A stretch of DNA of 63,977 nt, filler included, from Chiloscyllium plagiosum (taxonomy: Eukaryota), in the NCBI RefSeq assembly GCF_004010195.1. It is 6 parts of one record of this genome, joined end to end, with 100 filler letters (N's around TTAATTAATTAA, not from the genome) between each part and the next. Parts side by side here need not be neighbours in the genome. Positions count along the whole stretch, not along the records: positions 49,181 to 55,491 come from NC_057717.1; positions 55,592 to 59,250 come from NC_057717.1; positions 59,351 to 63,977 come from NC_057717.1; 3 more parts are not named here. One strand, 5' to 3'. The notes under the pieces were generated by a model. The model saw only the letters and a list, made by a program, of their open reading frames with translations, had not been told where the DNA came from and did no database searches. This document shows positions 52,536 through 63,977 of this stretch, one piece after another; position 1 is the stretch's first letter, and every line of letters begins with the position of its first letter. The position numbers were made by a program, and so were the translations under genes.

Positions 52536-53690
52536 GTCACAAACCCACCAGGTGAAACGGGAGCGGAATTTACAGAACACAGATAAGGAAATTGAAGTAG
52601 AATTATCAAAGGCCATGTTTGATCGAGTGATTCAATCAGAAAAAGGATCAGTGGCGGATAAAGCGGATATTTTTCGTGCAAATCAATTAACTTCGTCACA
52701 ACAGGAAGTTGGATAACTGAAGCAAATGTATCAGATAGTGTACACAGACAAATGCAAATCTGAGTATATTCCAGAATGTTGCAATCTTAAAAACGATATC
52801 TTGATAAGGAAGTAGAGGCCATCATATATTGGGCAAATGAGAAATAGGCAGAGGTTCATCAAGTTGTATTAGCATGGGATTATGGAAAGGTGGTGTTGCA
52901 TGTAGCACATGAATTAATAATGCAAGGTCATTCAGTTTTAAGGAAACTTCAAGCTAAAACTTATAAAGCAGTTTTCATGGCCTGGACTGTATATGATGGG
53001 GTTGGCCTTTTTTTCGACCTGCCATTCATCTCAGGCAGCCATAAAACAAGCAACTTTAATACTCATTCGTGCATTTGAGAAAACGTCGATTGTGTAGGAT
53101 ACCTACTGATGAAAAAATTAATAAGAATTAGCTTTTGTTGACAACAATGCACGTGTCTTCCAGATTTCCAACGGCCTTTCCATTCCGTCATATCACAGGT
53201 AAAAGGACTGCAGAAGTCGAACACAAGCTTTTCACTAGATGCAAACTACCCACAAAGAAATATCAGATCAAGAGTGAAATGTACATCCAAATTATTGCGG
53301 CAAGTTATGGAAAATTACAGACACAACAATTCAAATCTACTGCAGACCATCTGTAATCACAAAGTTGCAGTAGAAAGCTGGCATCAGGCTTTTTCGGCAT
53401 GTTGAGGGTTGAAAATCAGGATCATCCAGACGATCAGGATACAGGAATTCCATGTATATCTTTTTTGCATTCGCTTTGCAACAAACGGACCCAGCAAATT
53501 CTGTCCATTTGAATTCACTTTGGACCATGATGTGAGAGGATCACTGAAAATAATTAAGGAGAAATTCGTGACACAGAATTCAGGGACCACATACTTGGAA
53601 TTTTGTCAAACTTTAGGAAATCAGTAAATAGCCACGTACCCTGGCTGCAATTTGGAGAGAGTAAACTGTGCACTTTTATTGCATGTGCGG
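52536..53690 (+). mobile_element. Gypsy (Gmr1-like) integrase fragment
   Basis: VLHVAHELIMQGHSVLRKLQAK (HH motif), LTTMHVSSRFPTAFP, QQFKSTADH and KFCPFEFTLDHDVRGSLKIIKEK. Homologous to 26050-26800. Confidence 0.8.
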
Positions 53691-53989
53691 GAATTGTATT
53701 TCTTAGAACAGCATACCATTTCAGTCTTGTGCTTTTCTCGTGAATAGTAGTTATGCAGTAATGGTTTAGTATGATAATACTTTCGTTAATTTGTTCAATT
53801 TTCGAGTCAGATATATAAAATATTATTTGTGTATTATAAAATGAGTGTCAGGGATTTCTTTCACTTACCGACTAGAAGTTGCTGAAAAACGTGATGACAC
53901 CTTTTTTTAATGGTCCTTTTAACAGATTATAGAACCTGGCGCTGTCCATTTGGTTTATCAGTTTTTGTTCTAAGAAGGGTGATCCTTCT

Positions 53990-54560
53990 CCTCTATATAA
54001 CATAAAGACAGCAGATGTGGATCTTGGAACACATTTCCTGCAAGGAAAAAAAAATCAGGAGTCCAATGAAAGCCCTTCAATTGCCTGGATGTGTAAAGCT
54101 CCAAAGACAGTTTAGAAGTTGTCCACTCTCCAGGACAATGCAGCCCACGCATTTGGTATTTGATGCACAAGCATCCACTACCTCCCCCACCAGCTCGCAG
54201 TCACAGCAGTGCATACTATCGACAAGACGAACTGCAGAAATTCACCAAAACTCCTCAGCCATCACGTTCCATGATCATTTTCATGAAAAGACAAGGGCAG
54301 CACATGTATGGGAGTACCACCTCCTTCAGCTTCCTCTCCAAGCTACTCACAAGGCTGACTTGGAAATATATCACCATTCCTTCACGTTCGCTGTGTGAAA
54401 ATCCTTGAATTCCCTCCTTATTAGCATCGTGTTCAACCCACTGTAGATGAGATGCAAATGTTCAAACGAGCAGCAAGCCACCACCTTCTCAAGGTCAACT
54501 ACAGCTGTTCAATAAGTGCTGGCCAAACAGAAATGCTGACATCCCACAAATGAATAAAAA
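53990..54560 (+). mobile_element. CR1/L2-group LINE 3' end
   Basis: Reverse-complement match to 43020-43430; ends acatcccacaaatgaataaaaa. Confidence 0.75.
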
Positions 54561-55769
54561 CATGCATTAAGGAGCAGGGCTCTTACTTCATATGAGGAAA
54601 CAAAGAGCAGACTTGAGGACGTTGAAAAAGTAATTAATCATTTGAATGAAACCATCGAAATGATTAAGAGTGATATGTCTCTATAGACCTTAAGTACGGA
54701 TTTCTGGACCAGAGGGCCACAACAGAATACTTTGATAGCTGAACTCTGGAGAACAACACTACACATGGGTCTATCAATGCACACAAAATGCCAGACAATC
54801 TTGGTTGGAATCAGAGCCTGAATCCACCATTAATCGGTTAATATCAAAGGTAGCTTCTGGGGCTTAACCTGCTCTCATCAGGACTCACAGCTTCGTGTAA
54901 ATATCCAATGAAGTTGAAGTAATAGTCTCAGCATTTGTTCGGCTGTGAGGCTTCTTAATAAACAGCCAAATGAAATGCAGATTTGGGTAATTCAGTCGAA
55001 GGGACTTACTTTCCAAAGTAACTTGTTAAGGGACGTTGACAAACTGTCATACAGGAATTGAAAGCAATTAGCTGTTTCTGGGATGCAACCTTTGTTTGCT
55101 GTTTTCTGTGACACAGGAGATGTCATTGCTTGATAACCCGCTGGTCCATGACTATCAGTTCAATAAGATCGTCTGGAGAAAGAATGTCGTGAGGAAAAGG
55201 GATTAACAGAAGCATAAGCTGCGCTTCAAAGAGATATTCAATGCCAAAGGTAAAATGTAACAGAGGAGCTACTTCTGATATGAAAGCAAGCTGTATAAAT
55301 GGTGGCTCCATCGCAGTGATCAATGAAGTGAATGAACGTGTCGAAAAGATCATCCACAGTTTCACACCATAAACTTGATGGACAGAAACGTGCAAAAGAA
55401 TTCAATCTCAGGATGTCTCAGTCTCAGACATTCACAGAACAATACCGTTTAACAATCAAACAGTAGGCACATTCAAAGGTAGGCAGTATTANNNNNNNNN
55501 NNNNNNNNNNNNNNNNNNNNNNNNNNNNNNNNNNNTTAATTAATTAANNNNNNNNNNNNNNNNNNNNNNNNNNNNNNNNNNNNNNNNNNNNCATAGCTGG
55601 GGCCCATATGTGTGCCCATGGCTACCACGTGAAATTGTCATGTTTAACTTAAATTGCATTGATTTAATTAATCGCCAAATAATACATTATACAAAAATCT
55701 CATTTTGCTCTGAGAGTCAGACGTACGTATAAATCGCTTAAGCGATCAGTTCACATTTGGTGAAAGTTA

Positions 55770-56052
55770 GGTTCATGTTGTGGTTCTGTTCGCCGAGCTG
55801 GGAATTTGTGTTGCAGACGTTTTGTCCCCAGTCTAGGTGACACCTGCAATGTTTGGGAACCTCCTGTGAAGCGCTTCTGTATTGTTTCTTCCAGCATTTA
55901 TAGGACCCAACACCGAAGAGCTTCACACAAGTTTCCCAAGCACTGAAGATGTCACCTAGACAGGGGACGAAACGTCTGGAACACAAATTCCCCGCTCGGC
56001 GAACAGAAGCACAACAACGAGCACCCGAGCGACAAATCTTCTTACAAACTTT
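55770..56052. mobile_element. Small non-coding palindromic Penelope-derived element (two inverted pLTR arms)
   Basis: 55770-55859 is the reverse complement of ~55932-56025, with a ~70 nt spacer. No coding remnant. Confidence 0.88.
55938..55980 (+). ncRNA. Minimal type I hammerhead ribozyme motif
   Basis: CTGAAGA (55943-55949), stem II gtcacc..ggggac, GAAA (55969-55972), then C and GTC (55974-55976). Stem I pairs ca/tg. Confidence 0.85.
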
Positions 56053-57039
56053 GTACTAGGTTTGTGGTTATATATTAGAGTTGCAAGTAGTATTTTCAAT
56101 GAGATAACTAGGTTTATGAATACAGGTAGAGATTGGTTTATTTTCAAATTTAGCAATATATTTGATATAGACTTAAAATTGCCAGCTGGATTAAGAAAAC
56201 TATTATTTTGTGAGTCCAGGTGGAATTGGGAGGAGGTTTTATAATTTTGATTTTGAGTAAATTCAGAAATAGGATTCCTGTTTTATTTTGTTGAAATATC
56301 AATTTCAGCATTCTATTTGGGGAGACTGTTTGAAATAATATTAATGCGGGTATAAGGATCAACATGGACATTCCGTTACAATTAGAATGTCAATTTAATT
56401 TATCGCTGGGTTTTGTTTCAGGATGGACTTACAGTTTATCAAGAATGTACACCTACTCTTAAGAGCGTGTTTAGTGCTTGGCATGTAAATAGAATTATGC
56501 TTTGTGTGATTTTGTGTTTTCCTAATTTCATCGGTTCAGTTTGATTATAACGAACATTAACGTGACTTTTCAGCTTGTATGAAGTGTAAAGAGACGATTT
56601 TTGAAAGATGGAGATACTGAACAGGAAATGGTGACTGAAAGAAATCATGTGACATCAAGGACTGACATTTGGTGAGAAAGAATTGAGAGATAGAATGGTG
56701 TCTGTAAAGTTAACAACAAGCGCGTTCCAGATGAGCTTCTTCGCAGGACTTTCAAATAAATAGACGGCAAGGTGCATTGGAAACTAAATGTCGGAGTTAC
56801 TTAGGCGCGGGGAACGTGCCAGAAAGGGGAATATGGCAACTGAGTTATTCAAGAGATGTTTCAACGTTAAAACCAGAAATTACAGATTGCTTGGGTTAAC
56901 AATTCAGGATAGAATTGTTAGTCATGTGGAAAACAATAGGTGAATTAACCAGATTTAGCATGAATTATAAAAATGAAATCAGTGTCTTACAAAGTTATCG
57001 CAGTTGGTGGTAGAGATAACAGAAAGGCTAGATGAGTCT

Positions 57040-58430
57040 TGAAATGTTGGCAGGTGAAGTGAGAAGAGCGACAGCGAGGACCAGAGTCCCGGCAGGAAGG
57101 GAAGAATTGAATTTAAAAACTTACCTCAGGAGTTGAGAGTTCATTTTCTCGTCGGGGATCCCATTTGGAGGAGCGACAGCAAGTACCAGTGACCCGACGG
57201 GAAGGTAGGAGAAACTTCTGAAAGCTCATCTCGTGTATAGGCATAGCACATGCTCAGCAGGATTGGACACGGGAATGCGAGGAAAGTGAGTCTTGATATT
57301 TGGGCGGTTGTTGTACCCAGAACAGTACTCGGGTAGTGTCTCCCACACATCTTCCTCCGCTAACCAAATAAAATGTTTCTCTGCCGGATTGATAAGGTGA
57401 TAAGTCTTTTTTAACGCTCTTTTAATTTTCACTCGGCTTTTGGGAATTTAAAATACAGGTAATGGAGGTAAAAGAATTGAATGTTCCTCCTGCAGAATTC
57501 CCGACATAAATGTCACCACGAGTATCCCTGCTGATTGTATCTGCGGTCAGTACACCCAACTCTACCTCATCGAAAACCGCGTTATGAAATTGTAGCTGTA
57601 GCTGGATGAAATTGGGATCAGTCATCAGGCAGAGGCGATTAGTGAGAGGAGTTACAGGGTGGGACTCAAACCTCAGGTACAAGAAGAAAGTAGCTGTGTC
57701 ACCGACAAGGGACGAAAAGAGAACTGGCAGGCAGTGCAAGGAGCCCCTGGGGCCTTTCCACTCAGCAACATGCATCCCATTCTGGATACTGTTTCAGGGG
57801 ATAATTAACTGGTGTAAGCAATGGGGCACAAGACTCTGGCACAGAGTCTGTCCCTGTTGCTCAGAAGGGACGTTTGGTGTGTTGACTCCCAGGTGCCATG
57901 TTTTGTCATGTCTCTGATCGTGTTTTCGGGATACTTGCAGGACAAGGGGAGCAGCCCCATGTCGTGATGCACAAAGATACCAAGGACATAGTTTGGAGGA
58001 GAGATGGGGATTTAAAACAGAAATTCTGGGAGCTAGAGTGGAATCCTTGAACTAGGGCAAGGAGAGTTGTTACCTCTGGTGTGTTGCCCATGCTACGTAC
58101 GAATGAAACGAGAAAAGGGAGACATAATAGTCAAACATGTGGGTGCTCGGATGGAACAGGAGAGAGGGTTTTGTCGTCCTGGAAAATTGCGACTGTTTCT
58201 CGGGGAGTTGGGACCTCTGTAAACAGGTTTGTCTTCACCTGAACTAGAGGGGCACTAATTTCCTCGGTGGAGGATGTGAATTTGCTAATGCTCTTTGGTT
58301 GGGTTTAATGTAATTCAGCAGGGGGATGGGAAGCTTAATTGCAGTTCGAGTACAGAGGAGGTTGGCAGCAGGTTGGTCTGAAATAAGGTTTCAGGACCAC
58401 AAGAGGCCACCGGAAAGCAAAACGTTCGTT
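57040..58430 (+). mobile_element. CR1 5' portion (5' UTR and ORF1 esterase remnant)
   Basis: Remnants LPGAM..VSDRVFGILAGQGEQPHVVMHKDTKDI (~57885-57990) and WDLCKQVCLHLN.RG (~58205-58255). Confidence 0.8.
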
Positions 58431-58444
58431 TCGATTTCCATCCC

Positions 58445-59200
58445 GTGCAACGTTACTTGAACACGAGCAAACTACCCGCCCAGCATTTTGTAACCTCTAT
58501 TCTTCAGGTACAATCCGCCTTCCTCGTTCTAGTTACACCTTTCCCAGATGATATCCCTATGATCCACAAATCTGAATCCCTGCCTCCTGCACGAGCTCTG
58601 CAGCCCCTGTTGAGCTGCACTCGTTCTTTGATCCTTGTCTCACTCACCCATGGCACCAATAGGAATCCTCAGATTACTAGTTTACTGCTCCTGCCGTTTG
58701 GCCTCGAACTTAATTCCCTATATTCACTTTTCATCTCTTCATCCATTTTCGACCCGACTACATTGGTACTGATGTTTACCAGGATATCTGGTCGGTCTCA
58801 CCCCTTCATAAGAATCGTGTAAACTGATCACAATACATCTCTGGCCCTGGCACCGGCGGGGGTGGGGGGTGGGAATATCCGATCTGGGAGTTTCGTTCAC
58901 CACCACAGAATCTCATGTCTGTTCGGCTAACCCTTGAGTTCCTCTCACTGTCGCTCTTTTATTATCTGCTCTTCCGTTCTGAACAGCAGAGACAGGCTCA
59001 ATGCCAGAGACTTTGTCACTTTGACTTGCCCCTGATCCGCACGCCCAACCACCAACAGTATTCAAAGCGGTATAACCATCACTGAAGAGAACGGACACAG
59101 GAGATCCCTGCACTCACTGAATATTAGTTTTCTCTCTCCTGATGTTCAACTATCTAAAATAATTCTGCAACGTAGGTATGACTACGTCCCCATCACTTCC
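58445..59200 (-). mobile_element. CR1 ORF1 fragment, inverted
   Basis: Minus strand YTALNTVGG..GIEPVSAVQNGR (58913-59113), followed by esterase-like blocks. Confidence 0.7.
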
Positions 59201-59350
59201 TGTTTTTTCATTTCTCATGGGTTGTAGATGGTGGTGTCTGTGAGAAACAANNNNNNNNNNNNNNNNNNNNNNNNNNNNNNNNNNNNNNNNNNNNTTAATT
59301 AATTAANNNNNNNNNNNNNNNNNNNNNNNNNNNNNNNNNNNNNNNNNNNN

Positions 59351-60430
59351 GCATGGGGTGCAGGGTGTACTAACAAACTAAACTTGCTGGGCAACAGAAG
59401 ACAAACAACAGTAATGGAAGGGAGTTTCACAGAATGTAGACCTGTGACCAGTGGTGTTCAACAGCGATCCGTGACGGATCAGTGCTGTTTGTCATTTGCA
59501 TAACTGATTTGGAGGAAGGTGGAGATTCACAATTTTGCAGATGGTACTAAGGACGGTGGAGTAGCAGATAATCAAGGGGCGTGTTTTTGCAATGAACATA
59601 ATATAGATAGATTGGAGACCTGGAAAGAGAAATGGAAAACCGAGTTCAATCCAGTCAAATACGAGGTGATGCATTTTTGAAGATCCAAACAGAGCAAATC
59701 ATACAGTAATTTGAGAATTCCTGTGGGAAATTGATGTACAGAGAGATCTGGGTGGACAGGTCAATTGTTCCCTAACGTTCATAATGCAGGTCAGTCGTGT
59801 GGTCAGCATGCATTCCTTTATCGGACGGGGTATTAACCACAAGAGTTGAGAGGTCATATTACAGTTGTATAGGATTGGTTCGGTCACATTTTAAATGATG
59901 ATTTCAGTTCTGGTTACCACACAATGAAAGTGATGTGGATTATTTCTAGTGGGCGTAGAATAAGTTCACTGTGTTGTTGCCTGGTATGAAGGGCGCTAGC
60001 TATGAAGAGAGGTTGAGAATATTAGGATTACTTTCATTTAAAAGGCGGGGGTCGAGTCTGACCTGTTTGAGGTGTACAAAATCATGAGATGTATATGTAT
60101 GGTGAATAGAACCTTTTTCTCCCCAGAGAGGGGAAATTATGAGATGTCACGAGCTCAAGTGAGAGGGGAAAAGTTCTGGGAGACATGCGTGCAAAGTTCT
60201 TTACTCAGAGGTTGTTGGGCGCCTGGAGCGCGTTATCAGCGAAGGTGGTAGGGGTGATAACGATAGGGTCGTTTAAAATGTGACTGGACAGATGCATGTA
60301 TGGGCAGAGAGGAAAGGGAAACAGACCCATTGGAAATAGGCACCAAGTTTAAGTACAAAACCTCGTGCTACACAGGTTTGCAAGGCTGAAGAGCCTGTTC
60401 CTGTGCTGTACTTTTCTTTGTTCTTATTAT
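59351..60430 (+). mobile_element. CR1 3' half (RT to tail)
   Basis: gtgaccagtggtgttcaacagcgatccgtg (TSGVPQGS-like), FADGTK and FFTQRLLGAWSAL. Tail cctgttcctgtgctgtacttttctttgttc. Confidence 0.88.
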
Positions 60431-60720
60431 TAGAATCAATTCGATGAACGACATGAACTATCTCCAATGGAACTATATCCATTCTAATGAGGGGATCAAA
60501 AGTGAATGAAATCACCCGGTCTCATCAGTTCCTGAGACATTTGCAACACGTGTCCTACATTCATACTCGATTCCATGAATAGCAAATGATATCAGTCCAC
60601 TTGCCTTCCTTAATACCTTTTCTCAGTGATATAGAAAATGAAGTTTTTTGTTATTCATCAGTTTGATATACCATTTACCTAACCATTTTGGAGGGATTTA
60701 TGTCTCTACATTATTAATTC

Positions 60721-61040
60721 ATTAGATTCCCTCCAGTGTGGAAACAGGCCCTTTGGCACAACAAGTCCACAACGATCCTCCGAAGAGTAACCCAACCAGA
60801 CCCATTTCCCTGTAACAAATGCACCTAATACTATAGGCAATTTAGCATGGCCAACTCACCTGACCTGCACGTCTTTGGGCTGTGGGAGGAAACCAGAGCA
60901 CCCAGAGGAAACCCACACAGGCACGGGGAGAATGTACAAACTCCAAACAAACAGTCACCCTAGGTTGGAATCGAAATTGGGACCCTGTTGCTGTAAGGCA
61001 GCAGTGCTAACCACTGTGCCACTGTGCCACCATACCGCCC
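60721..61040 (-). mobile_element. HE1-type tRNA-derived SINE, full length
   Basis: A box tggcacagtgg (duplicated tggcacag), B-box-like tttcgattcc, central ggtttcctctgggtgctctggtttcctcccacag and tail ggcctgtttccacactggagggaatct. Confidence 0.92.
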
Positions 61041-62239
61041 CTAAAAGGCAGTGGTGAAACGAATCCCTTTGAATCCGTCATATGGAATATCCGATGACAA
61101 AACTGCATGTGCCGTCTTCATACATCTGCGATGGGCATTGGATCATCTTCCTGGGGCGATACCACAAACATCTAGAAACGTGACATCTTCTTCGACGGGG
61201 TTACCTTCAGCTGCACCATGTTCGGGTTGTTTTTATTTGTATCGACACTGCTTTATTGAGGCATTTGAGAGGGTGATCAACAGAACAGTGTTAACCTGGC
61301 AATGAACTTTGAAAGAAATGCCAAATGAAAGTTGATTATAAAAAAAGACAGCACAAAATGTAAAGCATTTATATGGGTATTAGTAAAAGGGGAGAAGAAT
61401 AAACTGCTGAAATTAAGAGTACATTTCCAGATGCGACTGCAGAGCAGGAAATCTTAAAACTCTAAAGTCCTCAGCTTTTTCCATGAATGCTCTCGAAACA
61501 AAGCAGACTATCTACTTCAATAAATACAAAGAAATAACTGATTTACAATCATAAAAAGCAGTGAAGAAGGGCGGTGGGACGGACATATATTGTGAAGATT
61601 TTACTCGCATAATGAAAAGAATGTCCGCAAGTTAGGTAAACAGACAATGTCACGGAAGGAATTCTAACAAACGTGAACAGCTAATGAATACAATAATAAG
61701 TAAGACAATGATGGGAAATTCACAGCATATTTCAGAACANNNNNNNNNNNNNNNNNNNNNNNNNNNNNNNNNNNNNNNNNNNNNNNNNNNNNNNNNNNNN
61801 NNNNNNNNNNNNNNNNNNNNNNNNNNNNNNNNNNNNNNNNNNNNNNNNNNNNNNNNNNNNNNNNNNNNNNNNNNNNNNNNNNNNNNNNNNNNNNNNNNNN
61901 NNNNNNNNNNNNNNNNNNNNNNNNNNNNNNNNNNNNNNNNNNNNNNNNNNNNNNNNNNNNNNNNNNNNNNNNNNNNNNNNNNNNNNNNNNNNNNNNNNNN
62001 NNNNNNNNNNNNNNNNNNNNNNNNNNNNNNNNNNNNNNNNNNNNNNNNNNNNNNNNNNNNNNNNNNNNNNNNNNNNNNNNNNNNNNNNNNNNNNNNNNNN
62101 NNNNNNNNNNNNNNNNNNNNNNNNNNNNNNNNNNNNNNNNNNNNNNNNNNNNNNNNNNNNNNNNNNNNNNNNNNNNNNNNNNNNNNNNNNNNNNNNNNNN
62201 NNNNNNNNNNNNNNNNNNNNNNNNNNNNNNNNNNNNNNN

Positions 62240-63455
62240 ATCTCTCTGATGATCCACACTGCCAAGAATGTTTTTTCCAAGAGCCCAGTACTCTGTATTC
62301 ATGTTACTCCAGCCAAAGTGAATCAGCTTACACTTTTCCGCATTAACCTTCATTTTGCCAGCTCTGCAGTTTATCTATGTCCCTCTGAAACTTGCAACAT
62401 CATTCCTCACTGTCCACAACTCCACCAACGTTAGAATCGTCCACAGACATCTTAATCCGTCCTTTTAGCCCCTCATCCAGGACATTTATAAAAATCGCAA
62501 ACAACAGTGAAAACAAAACAGATCCTTACGGGACGCTACCAGTTACTGAACTCGATAATAATCACTTTCCCCTCTACATTCAATCATCCAATTACAGATC
62601 CAAAATTTTAAATCACCCTCAATTCTATACCTCCGAACTTTCTGCAATGGCCTCCAGTGGGGAACACTTTACATAATTTGTATGAACCACATCAATCGCT
62701 TTTCCCTCATTCTCGTGTTGGTCACTTTCTCAAAGAACACCATAAGTTGTATAAGCTATGGCACCCACTTCACCAAAAAATGTTAACTCTCTCTAATCAC
62801 ACTAATCTTTTCTGGGTGATTATAAATCCTATCTCAGAGAATCCTTTCCAACACTTTGCCCACAACTGAAGTAAGGCTCACAGATCTGTAATTAGCAGGG
62901 TTATCTCTACTCCGCTTCTTGGCCAAAAACAAGTTTGCTATACTCCAGTCATCTGGCTCTCTTCTTGTAGGCAATGACGACATAAAGATCATACCCAACA
63001 TTTTTTCAAACGTCTCGCTATCTTCCTAGCTTTTCCTGGGATAAATCACTTCTGGCATAATGGACTTTATACACGCTCCAGAATTGCTAAAACCTCCTCC
63101 TTCTGAACTTCAGTCCCGTCTAGTTTAATGCACTGTATCTCATTATTCTGCTCTACAAAATTTCCTTTTCTCCTGTATGAATACTGTCGAAAAATATTCA
63201 TTTAGCACCCCTCCTACTCCCTCGGACTCCGCACACAACTTCCCATTATTGTCCTTGACTGGCCCAAATCTTACTCTAGTCGTCCTGTTATTCTTGACAT
63301 ATCTGTAGTAGCTTTGTTGTTCTACTTGATCCTGACTGCCAAAGGACATCCTTCTCATGTCCGCTAATAGCTCTTCTCAGCTGTCTGTTTCGCTCCTTCC
63401 TGGCTAAATTGCTATCTTAAGCAACCTAACAGAGCCTTCAAGTTTCATCCCTTCT
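62240..63455 (-). mobile_element. CR1 ORF2 remnant
   Basis: YRYVKNNRTTRVRFGPVKDNNGKLC..LNEYFSTVF (63143-63358) and MKVNAEKCKLIHFG (62353). Confidence 0.85.
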
Positions 63456-63574
63456 TTTGCAATGAAGTAGTTCAGAACAAGTAATTGTCCATTAGACGCG
63501 ATATTCTCTGCTGAATTTCGTTAAGATAAGCTGAGGAACTGAAACATCTGACTTGCATAAAGGCAAAATACTTG

Positions 63575-63785
63575 TGATACTGAGCATCTGAAATAGACGC
63601 ACAGATTTATGGAGAAAATCGATAGATCTGGACGCATCCGTGGAGATAGAACTGGTGAAAGTTTCGAGTCTAATCTCGTTTAGAAATCTTCTCAATTGTG
63701 TTGAAACATGCAAGACACAAAATGTAAATTCGGTTTCAATCTGTATTGATGCTTCTCGACCGACTGATCTTTCGAGCTTTCCCCA
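63575..63785. repeat. Very degenerate palindromic Penelope-pLTR-like element
   Basis: gatctggacgcatccgtggagatagaactggtgaaagtttcg and aaaatgtaaattcggtttcaatctgtattgatgcttctcgacc are loosely reverse-complementary. Confidence 0.4.
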
Positions 63786-63977
63786 TCTTGAGCGATGTGG
63801 GAAACGATGGATGTTGCTGGCTGTCTGCCAGTCCATTTTACAGTTGGCGGCTGCAGCTTAAGAACCTCGATGTCTCTGTGTTCGACCTTCAGCCACAACT
63901 GGAGGCACGACAGTGTATTATCAAGTCTAATAGGTAATGCGTAACATATGTCAAGCGACCCAACTGCTGTAGGAAAT

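Noticed and set aside
51852..52699. Long ORFs of 182-254 aa (also 61664-62353)
   Set aside because: They are long only because they read through N runs.
1..63977. CRISPR arrays, rRNA, bona fide tRNA genes, prokaryotic operons
   Set aside because: None seen. The tRNA-like boxes belong to SINE heads and the DNA is vertebrate.

Overview
Repeat-dominated vertebrate genomic DNA, almost certainly from a cartilaginous fish (shark-type HE1 SINEs, CR1 LINEs and Penelope-like elements), with eight assembly gaps. All assignments are from reading and translating by eye; no searches were run, and boundaries of old repeats are approximate. The only host coding sequence I can support is one first coding exon of a probable GPR139-like class A GPCR (29617-29827, +), ending in a phase-1 GTAAGT donor; I found no second exon in the window. 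The rest is mostly nested, decayed retroelements: many CR1 copies, a CR1/L2-group LINE, L2, RTE and Ingi/Vingi-like fragments, SINEs, a Gypsy element with the Gmr1-type PR-INT-RT-RH order, several Penelope-like elements with hammerhead ribozyme motifs, and two gamma-like endogenous retroviruses. One ERV (17830-22069, -) has two LTRs, a tRNA-Pro PBS, an internally deleted gag, no visible pol and a decayed env. The other shows only an open env tail and an LTR next to a gap. I do not see a demonstrably new biological system. The best leads are the pol-less env-retaining ERV, a ~280 bp palindromic hammerhead-bearing element, and the GPCR exon sitting just downstream of a candidate LTR.
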